Positions 11,130 to 23,363 of a stretch of DNA of 34,125 nucleotides are shown here, one piece after another. The notes beneath the pieces are model-generated. The model worked only from the letters and a program-made list of their open reading frames with translations, did not search any database and was not told where the DNA came from. The stretch lies in NCBI GenBank assembly GCA_051453625.1, contig JBOZIK010000001.1, forward strand, positions 192,233 to 226,357, written 5' to 3'. The DNA is from Welwitschia mirabilis. Lineage: Eukaryota. Both the position numbers and the translations under genes were made by a program. Each line of letters begins with the position of its first letter. Within the stretch, counting starts at the first letter, position 1.

Positions 11130-14100
11130 CTCATCATTTTCCTTTTCTTCTTTTCAAAATAAAAGAATGCTTTTCACTGGATTCTAATTCCTCCCTTTTC
11201 TTGATCAATGAGCAGACTATTTTTCCTATTCCAAGATAGGTAAAATTTTTCTCTGTTTCTTCTAAAGAGCTAGATCATTTAAATCTATGTCTTTATTTTC
11301 TTCTACTCTAGAGCTATCTTTCTACCCTAGCTTCTACCTTATGGGGGAGCTTTTGACTTTTTTAGTTCTCCTCTTCTTTTTTGGGAGCTAAAGGGACTTT
11401 TTCTTGGGGACTTTAGGGCACACATTTTGGCTTTGGAGTTGATCCAACATTTAGTTCTAGTTTTGAATTTTACCCAAGGGTAACTATATACATTGTCAAA
11501 GAATTTTTATTCTTCAATTTTGAAAAAAATCCATGAAAATTCCTCTTAGTATAGTTATGTTTGGGACAATCTAATATTTAAAAGAATGACTGTTGAAGAT
11601 CCTATGAGGACATGATAAAAACTTTAAAATTAGATTCACACTCTTATAATATATTATAAAATTTGGTTATAATATTATTCAAAAAATTCTTGAATTCTCT
11701 TCTAGGATATTTAGCTTCTTTTTGAATAATCTCAATCCCCAATGATCTCATATGTTTTTTACAATTATAAAAAATGCACCTCAACCTTGATCATCCCCCA
11801 AAAGTTTTCTAAATAATGCTTTTCAAATTTTCTTTGAATCTATAAATAAAGTTATATAACTTCTGGAGGTAGTAGTTAAGGCTGTGCAGTATAGCTAATT
11901 CTTCATATTCGAACCTAATTTATTTACCTAATTTTACTTCTATAAGATGAATCTTATAAAGCAATCTTATATTTTCTTTTTCCAAATTTTGGATAATAAG
12001 TTGGGTAGACTTAGGGTTTATTATTCTAATATCCTTTTTTAACTTAACATGAGATTTTTTTAGAGCATTAATAATATTTAATTTTATTCAATCCTCCATC
12101 TCACCAATTAGAGTTAAAGAAGTTGAGGGAGTACTCTAGATCAAACTTACTACTCTTCTGATTTTCTCCTTTATTTTTGATGATAATTATTTTATTGAGG
12201 AATTGTGTGGAGGTTGATCAAAAGAGCTTACCTATTCCATCCAATTCTTGAAAGCATTATTTTCTTCCATTATCTGATCTATGACTNNNNNNNNNNNNNN
12301 NNNNNNNNNNNNNNNNNNNNNNNNNNNNNNNNNNNNNNNNNNNNNNNNNNNNNNNNNNNNNNNNNNNNNNNNNNNNNNNNNNNNNNTATCTGATCTATGA
12401 CTCTCTTATTTGCTCTTAAAAGGAGTTGATAGCATCCCAAAGAATTCTGGGCTTCAAGCCATTTATGTCTCTATTCTTAGACCTCTGCATGGATCTTCAT
12501 GAATTTTTTGTTCATCTCCTATAGGTATGGCAATTTTATCTCAATATTCCTTGTTTAGGGGTATAGGCCCTTCATTATGTACAAATGTAATGAATTTCTA
12601 CTGGCGCTCTATGTATTTAGCATCATACTTCTTGGTTGAAGCCAAAAAATTTTAGAATAAGGATACTAACATATCTAGCCTTTTCCTTAGAATATTTCTA
12701 CCATCTGTAGCTCAATAATGCATTTGTAAGGTCTCTATAATTTCCTATTCACATCTTTGAAAGATTCAAAGAGATTAATATTTTCTTCTTTATTGGTGAT
12801 CTCATGACGTAGCTTTTCATTGTTTTCTTTTTCTTAATTTAACATCTGTCTCAAAAATTCATTTTCAATTTTTAGATCACTAACTTGATTCTACAATACT
12901 GAAACTTTCTTCTTTTTATCTTAACAGGCTTAAATTTCATCTTTGACTGAGTTCAAAGCACTGTAGAGGCTATCCATCTTATCTTCCTTTAGTGCTTTAA
13001 AGAATTGGTCAAACTAAAGCAGATGGGAAAGTAGGAGTTCTTCAAATGTAAATTGGATTGAATCTTATCGCACACTTGAGGAGGGCAACAATGAAGATAG
13101 ACTTTGAAGGATAAGAAAGAATTCTCCTAGATCTAGTTGAGTGGTCCTATGTCTTGGAGTCCTTAGGAGACTTAATACCTTAACTTCAAATAAACTCCAA
13201 ATAGTTACTTTGATACAAGACTTATTTGGTTAAAATGGAACTTTATTTTTACTTAATATTTGGGATNNNNNNNNNNNNNNNNNNNNNNNNNNNNNNNNNN
13301 NNNNNNNNNNNNNNNNNNNNNNNNNNNNNNNNNNNNNNNNNNNNNNNNNNNNNNNNNNNNNNNNNNNNNNNNNNNNNNNNNNNNNNNNNNNNNNNNNNNN
13401 NNNNNNNNNNNNNNNNNNNNNNNNNNNNNNNNNNNNNNNNNNNNNNNNNNNNNNNNNNNNNNNNNNNNNNNNNNNNNNNNNNNNNNNNNNNNNNNNNNNN
13501 NNNNNNNNNNNNNNNNNNNNNNNNNNNNNNNNNNNNNNNNNNNNNNNNNNNNNNNNNNNNNNNNNNNNNNNNNNNNNNNNNNNNNNNNNNNNNATTGTTT
13601 TCTTTTTCTTAATTTAACCTCTGTCTCAAAAATTCATTTTCAATTTTTAGATCACTAACTTAATTCTACATTACTAAAACTTTCTTCTTTTTGTCTTAAC
13701 AGGCTTGAATTTCATCTTTAACTGAGTTCAAAGCACTGTAGAGGCTGTCCATCTTGTCTTCCTTTTGTGCTTTAAAGAATTGGTCAAACTGAAGCAGATG
13801 GAAAAGTAGGAGTTCTTCAAANNNNNNNNNNNNNNNNNNNNNNNNNNNNNNNNNNNNNNNNNNNNNNNNNNNNNNNNNNNNNNNNNNNNNNNNNNNNNNN
13901 NNNNNNNNNNNNNNNNNNNNNAATGTGAATTGGATTGAATCTTATCACACACTTGAGGAGGGCAGCAATGAAGATAGACTTTGAGGGGTAAGAAAGAATT
14001 CTCCTAGATCTAGTTGAGTGGTCCTATGTCTTGGAGTTCTTAGGAGACTTAATACCTTAACTCCAAATAAACTCTAAATAGTTACTTTGATATAAGACTT

Positions 14101-14945
14101 ATTTGGTTGAAATGGAACTTTATTTTTACTTAATATTTGGGATATTAAAGAGGAAAATCCTTGTCCTACTACACCTAAAGCTCCAATTCCAACTTTATTT
14201 AAATTTGTAATGTGCCTCACTGATCCCAAAAATATTCCTTCTATAATATTTACATTAGTATGATTTTTTTTGTCCTTCACTGCTACTATCATATATAGGC
14301 TATGTAATGTGATACCCTTTTATTTGTAAAGAATAGGAACCAAATTACTACCATAATTCTTAAAATGATAAAAATTCTAGTTCTATATCTTTATTCATTA
14401 GTAATTTCCCCTGTATCGCCATCCTTTCCAATAGACTCATGTTTAAATTTGTGTCTTTTTTTTTGCTGATCTTATTAATCAATTTTTCACAGGGTGGCAA
14501 ATGCAACATTTCTATGATATCTTCTTTACTAATTACTATTCTCTAATTTTCTACGGTTTTTTCTAGTACATTTTTGCCATCATTTATTCTTAAATTCTTA
14601 TAAAATCCATATACAGATTTTAAAGAAAATCAATCATTTAGAGTGAACTATTCATACCATCCCAGCTCGATAACCCTTATTTGAATCTTGTCAAGTAGGA
14701 GCCTAAAACAAATTATGCAAATTCAATGAAGAAATGACCCTACATGCTATTGAATTTTTGCTAGTGTTGGAGCTAGGTATGAAAAAATATGTTTAGAAGA
14801 GGGATTTTTGTAATAAACAACCTTTGGAAAATAGATTACTAAGTAAAACTTTTCTTTTTAAAAATATAAAATGTTATTTTTTAACATTTAAAAGTATTGC
14901 ATTCATTGAATTCATTTCACTCTCCTCTTATGTAAAATTTGACAT
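11130..14945 (-). pseudogene. Degenerate long accessory ORF (about 1000 codons; Athila ORF1/env-like domain, coiled coil, Lys/Glu/Pro-rich tail), copy B
   Basis: LGWYE*FTLND*FSLKSVYGFYKNLRINDGKNVLEKTVEN*RIVISKEDIIEMLHLPP at about 14490-14670; GFSSLISQIL in track ORF 14074-14292; heptad-like VSDLKIENEFLRQRLN*EKENNEKLRHEI; one frame with only isolated stops across 12286-11645. Confidence 0.65.
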
Positions 14946-15319
14946 GATTCTAAATGCTTAAATTAAAATATTAACAATACTTGAGACTTTTACTTGAAGA
15001 AATTTTGTCATTGCTTAAGAGCTTGAAAACAAGAGAGTGCTTAAGCATGACAAGATAAAATGCAGGGCTAAAAGTGGAAATTACTGACTTGTTTCCTCTT
15101 AAATAGGTAAAAACTCATACTTACTATTGTATTTNNNNNNNNNNNNNNNNNNNNNNNNNNNNNNNNNNNNNNNNNNNNNNNNNNNNNNNNNNNNNNNNNN
15201 NNNNNNNNNNNNNNNNNNNNNNNNNNNNNNNNNNNNNNNNNNTAAAAAAATTTGCTGAGTTGGAACTGATATCACAAATGATGATGTGGTTAAGACGATT
15301 TAAAAATTACATTCTTATG

Positions 15320-15640
15320 GGGATCATTAAGAACAAGAAGGGGTCATCAAGAATGAGTTTAAGTAAAGTGTTAGAGGAATAGAAAGGCATATTTAAGTGG
15401 TGATCACTCTCCATAAAACCGAGTTTAATGAGGGTCATCATGAACTCTTGAGTTCTTGATGCAGCCATCTAATCTATTGTGGATCTAGTCAAATGAGTTC
15501 AAAGGTGATTGTTAAGAAATCTTGAGTTCTTGATAACATCCTATGAATTCTAACCACTATCATTATGAAAGTAAGTAATAATTAAAAATTGAAGTCACAT
15601 GATAGAGTTATAGTGGAAAGTTGAGGGGGTCATTAAGAAT
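15320..15640. repeat. TCATYRAGAA / GAACTCTTGAGTTC palindromic motifs, copy B
   Basis: tcatcatgaactcttgagttcttgatgc at about 15434-15462; ttgttaagaaatcttgagttcttgataa at about 15509-15536; half sites at about 15324, 15344 and 15630. Confidence 0.7.
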
Positions 15641-15679
15641 GAGAACTTCCTCTTCCAGAAGCAAGTTTGAAGAGGTAAA

Positions 15680-16090
15680 GTTAACTTAAAATCTGGTCTA
15701 AAGCTTTAGACATGAGTTGGTATCAATAAAATTCTGGAGCTTGCATGCTAATGATCTACTTAAAATATAACTCAAAGTTGCAACTTCGAGTTAATTTTAG
15801 TCAACCAAAAAATCTTTATTTTTTCTTACAGGGTGAAGAATAATCAAGTTGGCTTGAAATCCAACTCAAAGTTTTGACTTCAAGTTGGTATCAGTAAATC
15901 ACATGAGTTTATTTGATTACAGGTTTTTAGAGCACAAGAAGACAAATGAGTTAGCATGAGATTTGGCTCAAAGTTTATACTTTAAGTTGGTGTTAACCAA
16001 AAAAAAAAAAATTCAAATTCTAATCAAAATAGTTTAATCTGAAATCTAACTCAAAGTTTTAGCTTTAAGTCGGTATTAGTCAACCAAGTG
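15680..16090. repeat. Array of five palindromic repeats (AACTCAAAGT-tttg-ACTTYAAGTT), copy B
   Basis: Units at about 15680, 15755, 15848, 15950 and 16032, positionally equivalent to 4009-4409. Confidence 0.78.
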
Positions 16091-16486
16091 ATCTTTGATT
16101 TCTAGGCTTATTTTATGATGACATTTTATTGGAAGAAAAACATCAATAACTTTTATTTCTTATTATTCCTTGAAACAAAATAAAATAAAATCTTTTCTAA
16201 GTTACTATATATGGCTTAAAAAGTCTTCTTTTAATTAAAATGTATTTGTAGGATTTTTGATAATTACTTGGCAATGCAGTTTATGATGACAAAGTTTAAT
16301 GAGTCCTTGTAATGGCATGCAGTTAGAAAAATCTAAACTAATCATAAATTAATTTGAGGTTCTGACTTCAAATTAAACCTTGGTTAGTTTGGGATTCCTT
16401 GATTCTAGACTTGCTCTAAGATTGATGCTAATACTTAGCATACTTCAGCTATTGGCAAAATGTTTATATTGCTTTTACATAATCCT

Positions 16487-17368
16487 TTATTTCAAAATTG
16501 AACATGTGTGCGCTAGTTAACTTGATGTGAATTATACTTGTTAAGCATGATAGTAATACTTATGTTATAAATCTTGTTTCTTACATGCTAATCATTCATC
16601 ATTCTTCACCTGAGCTTTAGAATTCCTTTACTTAATCATCTTCTAATCCTTCTCATCTGTTCTCCATTAATCCTCATGGCTTACACTCCTTCTCCTTCTC
16701 CTGTTACTGCCTTTGGTATTAAGAAGATGAAACATTGCTTGTTCAACTTGGGTTCTACATAGATAGACATGTTCATTAGTAGTGTAGACCCCTAGTTACC
16801 TCAAGTCTCTCTTAAGTCTGAAAATTGTGGTATAATAGTTTTTACACTACAATTATAATATTGACTACTGAGGTTTTAGATACCTTATATTCCTTCATTA
16901 CTAAGGCTAATAAAGATCATTTTGTAAGTAGTGCTATTTCTACAAGTTTTGATTCCATGATCCATTACTTCATGAATGAGTATCTGAGGGCGAAAATTGA
17001 AGAATTTCATTAGCAACTCAATTACAAGGATTCGACTTATGATGTTTACTTCAAAATTGAACATGTGTGCACTAGGTAATTTAATGTGAATTATACTTAT
17101 TAAGCATCATAGTAAGACTTATGTTATAAATCTTATTTGTTACATGCTAATCATTTATCATTCTTCACCTGAGCTTTAGAATTCCTTTACTTAATTATCT
17201 TCTAATCCTTCTAGTCTTTTCTCCATTAATCCTCATGGCTTACACTCCTCCTCCTTCTCTTGTTACTACCTTTAGTATTAAGAAGGTGAAATGTTGCTTG
17301 TTCAATTTGGATTCTACACAGATAAACATGTTAATTAGTAGTGTAGATCCCTAGTCACCTCAAGTCTC
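16487..17368 (+). repeat. Gap-free local tandem duplication (about 560-bp unit) of the upstream region and 5' half of the antisense ORF
   Basis: 'ttcaaaattgaacatgtgtgc' occurs at about 16491 and about 17050, followed by colinear sequence. The junction at about 17046 lies within contiguous sequence. Confidence 0.8.
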
Positions 17369-18955
17369 NNNNNNNNNNNNNNNNNNNNNNNNNNNNNNNN
17401 NNNNNNNNNNNNNNNNNNNNNNNNNNNNNNNNNNNNNNNNNNNNNNNNNNNNNNNNNNNNNNNNNNNNNNNNNNNNNNNNNNNNNNNNNNNNNNNNNNNN
17501 NNNNNNNNNNNNNNNNNNNNNNNNNNNNNNNNNNNNNNNNNNNNNNNNNNNNNNNNNNNNNNNNNNNNNNNNNNNNNNNNNNNNNNNNNNNNNNNNNNNN
17601 NNNNNNNNNNNNNNNNNNNNNNNNNNNNNNNNNNNNNNNNNNNNNNNNNNNNNNNNNNNNNNNNNNNNNNNNNNNNNNNNNNNNNNNNNNNNNNNNNNNN
17701 NNNNNNNNNNNNNNNNNNNNNNNNNNNNNNNNNNNNNNNNNNNNNNNNNNNNNNNNNNNNNNNNNNNNNNNNNNNNNNNNNNNNNNNNNNNNNNNNNNNN
17801 NNNNNNNNNNNNNNNNNNNNNNNNNNNNNNNNNNNNNNNNNNNNNNNNTTCAATTTGGATTATACACAGATAAACATGTTCATTAGTAGTGTAGATCCCT
17901 AGTCACCTCAAGTCTTTGTTAAGTCTAAAAATGATGGTAGAAGGCTTTTTATACTATAAATATAATATTGACTACTGAGGACTTAGATACCTTCAATTCC
18001 TTCATTACTAAGGCTAATAAAGATCATTTTATAAGCAGTGTTATTTCTACTAGTTTTGATTCCATGATCCATTACTTCATGGATGTGTATCTGAGGGTAA
18101 AAATTGAAGAATTTCATCAGCAACTTAATTATAAGGATATGGCTTATGACGTTTCTTTGGGCTAGCTAGTTAGGTAGATGTAAGGGCTAGAGAAAAGGGT
18201 TGNNNNNNNNNNNNNNNNNNNNNNNNNNNNNNNNNNNNNNNNNNNNNNNNNNNNNNNNNNNNNNNNNNNNNNNNNNNNNNNNNNNNNNNNNNNNNNNNNN
18301 NNAACATGTTCATTAGTAGTGTAGATCCCTAGTCACCTCAAGTCTCTGTTAAGTCTAAAAATGATGGTATAAGGTTTTTTATATTATAAAGACAATATTG
18401 ACTACTGAGGTCTTAAATACCTTCGATTCCTTCATTACTAAGGCTAATAAAGATCATTTTATAAGTAGTGTTATTTCTACTAGTTTTGATTCCATGATCC
18501 ATTACTTCATGGATGAGTATCTGAGGGTGAAAATTGGAGAATTTCATCAGCAGCTCAATTATAAGGATTTGGCATATGACGTTTCTTTGGGCTAGCTAGC
18601 TGGGTAGATGTAAGGGCTAGAGAAAAGGGTTGATCAGCTTCAGGGCACAAACCTTATCCTTAGTCTTGATGCATTAAGTTATGATAAGAAAAATATAGAG
18701 AAGACAATATAGGATACTAAACCTTATCAAAACTTTTGGAGAGCTCACTTAGAGGAGATTAATATGTTATCTAAATTTCTAGATGAGATGCATCTACTAC
18801 CTTTGGGTGAGAATTATATAGGATCATCTTCTAAAACTAGGCATTCTCATAAGAGGAATAGGTTTTCTAGTTGCTTCAAGAATTAAGTTGCTTTAGTTGA
18901 TGATTTATTTGCATAGGAATTTGAGAAATGTTTTTGTCATTATTCCTACAACTAG
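16676..18955 (+). pseudogene. Degenerate antisense ORF, copy B (split over duplicated segments and gaps)
   Basis: MAYTPSPSPVTAFGIKKMKHCLFNLGST...TTEVLDTFDSFITKANKDHFISSVISTSFDSMIHYFMDEYLRVKIEEFHQQLNYKDLAYDVSLG...LEKRVDQLQGTNLILSLDALSYDKKNIEK...FWRAHLEEINMLSKFLDEM...EFEKCFCHYSYN* (track ORFs 16825, 17968, 18398 plus manual extension). Confidence 0.62.
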
Positions 18956-20149
18956 ATGTTATAAGCTATTTTGCTTAATAAAATTATTTATTTTTATTTT
19001 AAATAAAGTGATATCATACTATTTTTATTTTATTATGGGCATATCAATTCCATTAAAGAAAATTTAAACTAAACAATTTATAAAATTATTAAAATAATAC
19101 AAAATGATTCTAAAACTTTAAAGTTTTCTCTTAGCTTGAATAAAGTTTAATGNNNNNNNNNNNNNNNNNNNNNNNNNNNNNNNNNNNNNNATTCCATCAC
19201 AGACTAGAATATTTTTCTTCTGGTTTCTTTTCTCTCTTGATCTCTCTCTTTTTTGTTTATAAGTTATGATAGAGTTATAGTCTTGGTAACTAGCTATATC
19301 TCAGATGACTTGTAAGTTATAATTATTCCTCACCTTTTTATTTTTGACAACTTAACTTAACCACAATGAGAAGATTAAAACAACTTTTAGAGGAGTAAGA
19401 ACTTACAGGATATCCATATCATGGCCAACTGACCCCTCAGTAGAGTTCTTATAGCTATCATATTACAGTGTTAAAGGCCCCTATCAGGAATATTTACCTT
19501 GGTGCACTTTTGGTAAAACATTGTGATACTTTCTCTTATTTATTTATTTATACCACATAAGGTATCTTGTTCTATGATGAAATGTGTTATGTTAATCTTC
19601 TTAATAAAGGTAATGCATGATTCCCTGCTAAAGACTTACTAAATCATCTTCTTGCTTTATAATCATTACATTTATNNNNNNNNNNNNNNNNNNNNNNNNN
19701 NNNNNNNNNNNNNNNNNNNNNNNNNNNNNNNNNNNNNNNNNNNNNNNNNNNNNNNNNNNNNNNNNNNNNNNNNNNNNNNNNNNNNNNNNNNNNNNNNNNN
19801 NNNNNNNNNNNNNNNNNNNNNNNNNNNNNNNNNNNNNNNNNNNNNNNNNNNNNNNNNNNNNNNNNNNNNNNNNNNNNNNNNNNNNNNNNNNNNNNNNNNN
19901 NNNNNNNNNNNNNNNNNNNNNNNNNNNNNNNNNNNNNNNNNNNNNNNNNNNNNNNNNNNNNNNNNNNNNNNNNNNNNNNNNNNNNNNNNNNNNNNNNNNN
20001 NNNNNNNNNNNNNNNNNNNNNNNNNNNNNNNNNNNNNNNNNNNNNNNNNNNNNNNNNNNNNNNNNNNNNNNNTAAGCTTTAAAGAAATGACATGTCCTTT
20101 ATTATCTAATCTTGAAATTTATTTTAGAGGTAAAGTAGAAATATTCTTT

Positions 20150-20812
20150 CCATCCTATTAGGATTGCCTAAATAATTTAGCATCTATGTATAATTATAGT
20201 ACATTCTTGCTCTTTACTTGTTAACTTGGTAGGTTACTTTTTCATCAGGATCGTATATTTTTATGGCTCCATCTTATAGAATTTTTGTTATGGTATAGGT
20301 TCCCAACTAGTTTTATTCATATTTTTGTTTTGAATAGATTTTATTAAGTTCATAGGTTAATACAAAATCTTCTACATTAAAATTTTTTTCCTGAGTCTAT
20401 TATCATGATACATTTTAGTTTTCTATTATATAAGTTCTTTATGTAGAAGAGATTCTTTTCTAATTTCATCTAAAATATTTATGTTTCCTAGCCATTTTTT
20501 AAACCTATATCTAAGTTACATTTTATTTATTTAGCTAATTTAAATGTTTTTATCCTAAATTCACTTGACAAAATAGCCCTTTTTTCATAGACTACTTCAT
20601 ATGGAATAAATCTTATGATATGTTTCCAAGTTATTTCATAATTACATAGATCTTTATTTAATTTATTAGCCCAATCTATTTTTTATTATTTATGATTTTA
20701 TTAATATTCTATTTAATTATCTATTAGTTATTTCAACTTAGTAGTAGAGAGTTTGTGGTAGATTCCAAATTTGGTTAAAACTTTCTCAAAGGCTTCACTA
20801 GTGAAATGAGTT
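20150..20812 (-). pseudogene. Integrase C-terminal part, copy B
   Basis: Colinear with 7580-8250. Shows the WANKLN/YEVVY region at about 20590-20680 and LGTYTITKI (GPY variant) at about 20280-20310. Confidence 0.85.
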
Positions 20813-20830
20813 TACTATAAGAAATATGGG

Positions 20831-21060
20831 ATTTTAAGGCATTTATTAAAATAATTGCCTTAAGTATAAGGATTTTTTAAAGCATTTATTTTAAAAAATG
20901 TCTTTAAAAAACCAGTAATAATCTTTTTAAGGCATTTTTATAAATAAAAGCCTTAAAAGGTTTTTTAGAATTGTTTTTAAGATGTTTATAAAAAAAGTCC
21001 TTAAAGTGAGGCATGTACATGATTTTTTAAGGCATTTAAAAACAAACGCCTCAAAATAAT
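20831..21060. repeat. CACTA left subterminal repeats (TTTTAAGGCATTT, both orientations)
   Basis: Multiple ttttaaggcattt / aaatgccttaaaa variants at about 20832, 20857, 20876, 20897, 20925, 20950, 20998 and 21025. Confidence 0.88.
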
Positions 21061-22977
21061 GAGAATCACACTTTTTTTTTGAGTTAAAATGCAAAAATTT
21101 TTAGAACTTGCACCCTGTCACTTTGGATTCCATGCTTTGGTCATTACAAGAGTTTCATCTCTCTCCTCGCCTAGTGTGAATCCATTCTTTCATTGATCTT
21201 TCAAACGCTATCTTCAAATGAAAGATTTTCACCGAATCATAGTTTATGTAGGACTCTATTTCCCACTTGTAGCTTCAAAAATATATTACTTCTCAAACTC
21301 AAATGGAGATTCATGAATGTGTTGTTCTTCTGTGGTTTACTCTTCGATGCTTCCTCAATGAACAAATAAGGAAGAAAAGAAGGGTATCAGGTGTGAAAGT
21401 GGTTTTCATTTTGTTAATAATGTTTTTCCCTCTTCTTTTATATTCATTAGTTCATTTTGTATATCATTGTTAGTTTCTATAATAATTTAGGAGAGAGGAG
21501 GCTGCAAGATGTGGATAAAAATATGCATTTTCAAGTAGACTACCCAACAGATAGGTCACCGAGCGACATTCTCTTCTCCTCCAATGTCCCAAGCATCTCT
21601 TATATCCTAAATTATAGCAAAATCAGAAAGAGTTACATCTTGAGAAACTTTGAGCGTTGGAAATTAGGGTACCCATTAGAGCTTGGTTTCATCAATGTGG
21701 TTACCAAGTGTGAGATGAAGTACATCAGGGCACGCTTTTGGAAGGCATGCACCTCATTATTCACTTAAGATTAGGCATTATCCTAGTTTGTTTTTTAGCT
21801 AGTATTATATGTTTGCATATTATTGTTCATTCATGAGCTTTTGAACAACTCAGGGAAGTGCTTAAAGGCAAACTAAAGCTTTTTGTTTTGATTGATGGGT
21901 TATGGGGTTAGGCCAAGCATGAAGATTAAGAATGAAAGGGTTTGATTTGGATCATCTATGTTATGGCATTAGTTATGAAGAATAATAGGACTCATTTGTC
22001 TCTGCCCTCTTTAAGTACATAATATACTTGTAGGAATTTGTATGTAATAGCATTTTACAACATTGTAACCACTTATTGCAGCCATTTTGTGTGTTGTGTA
22101 TTTTTTCATTTGCTTGTGAAAAGTGGATAATATAGCTTTTGCAACTGAGTAGAGTTAATTGTATCCTTAAAACTATGAATTTTGAAAGTGCTTCAAATGT
22201 TATGCTATCAACTCTACATACAACAAAGTTTATGAATTTTTTAGGGTTTTTTTAATGCCAATTTTGTGATCATCAAGCCTTTTAGAATTTGGCTTACTGA
22301 TAGGGGGAACACATTCCTTTATAGCATGTACTTGGTTATATGCTCAAATCCCAGCATGGCAACTAGGCAATCAGCAGCGAGATCTTCCCACATTAAAATC
22401 TTGAGTATTAACCCTAAGAGTTACACCAAAAAACCCTTGCTTGCATCGCTACAGTTGAATTATGATTTTTCTGTCATTCTAAAAGAGTAAGCATACCATG
22501 ACTGAGATTATAGGAATTTATCATCCACACCATGTAACCAGTCTTTTCAAATATTGATTTACTCATCAAGGGAATGCTGTTTCTGACAACATATTGATGT
22601 TCAACTTCTGGTGGACAGTGAAGGGTGTGTTACATTGTCACTTATTAATTAAAAATCCTGTTACATTCCATAATGGACAAACCTCAAAATCTTTCAGCCG
22701 ATCACTCTGTTCATGCCTAAACTTGCATTTACTATTTTGTTGTTTTGACAGTTAAGATTGTTTATAGCAGCATGCTTAGGGACAGCAAGGATCCCATTTC
22801 TGCTTTGGAATTCCATGTGATTGTAGAACATTTGATTGTTTCCTTTGTCATGAAGACATAATTTTATTATTTGTTATTCTTCATTTTGAAATCTTTCTAA
22901 GTAAAAACATGTGATTTTTAAAAAATTTATAACTAGACTTTAGTTTACAAGACTTTTTGACAATGGTAGGAGGGGAC

Positions 22978-23361
22978 TGATGTGGAGCGTACTGCTGGGG
23001 CCGAGCCTAATTAAGAAGGGTGAAGTGGTATAACCTCCATCTTTATTTTTTAGTATTTATTACTTTTATTTTAGCGAGGTTGGAGTGATGTAACTCCCAT
23101 CTTTATATTTAGCCGTTACTATTATTTCCATAATAAGGGGGTGAAGTGGTGTAACCCTCATCTTTATATTTTAGCATTTATTATTACTTCCCTATTTTTC
23201 TCTACTCCCACATTGTTTAGGAATTTTTGTTGAAAGGACTTATGGCCTATAAATAAGTACGTCATATACTGTTGTAAACAATTTTTTTTTGAAATAAAAG
23301 TTATTCGGATTTCTCTCCCTTTTCAAGGGTTTTCTCTTTGAACACTTTTCGTGCTACGTCA
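22978..23361 (+). mobile_element. 5' LTR (384 bp) of a Ty3/gypsy element, probably CRM-type chromovirus, nested in the CACTA element
   Basis: Starts TGATG and ends CGTCA (CRM-type termini are TGATG/CATCA). Contains TATAAATA at 23248-23255. Followed after 2 nt by a PBS. Confidence 0.8.
23015..23190 (+). repeat. Three ~60-bp tandem repeats in the LTR U3 region
   Basis: The unit GGGTGAAGTGGTRTAACCYYCATCTTTATATTTTAG recurs at about 23018, 23078 and 23139. Confidence 0.8.
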
Positions 23362-23363
23362 GA

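Noticed and set aside
20796-20803. CACTAGTG as the left CACTA terminus
   Set aside because: It aligns with integrase sequence in copy A (about 8234-8243). The TIR match and TSD place the end at 20813.
1-20812. Treating the large repeats (1-8250 versus 11697-20812) as LTRs or as an allelic assembly duplicate
   Set aside because: They contain integrase and internal ORFs and are too diverged, with multiple indels, to be alleles.
21457-22490. + strand ORFs 21457-21768 and 22266-22490 as genes or CACTA transposase/TnpA
   Set aside because: Non-ATG starts and no recognisable motifs.
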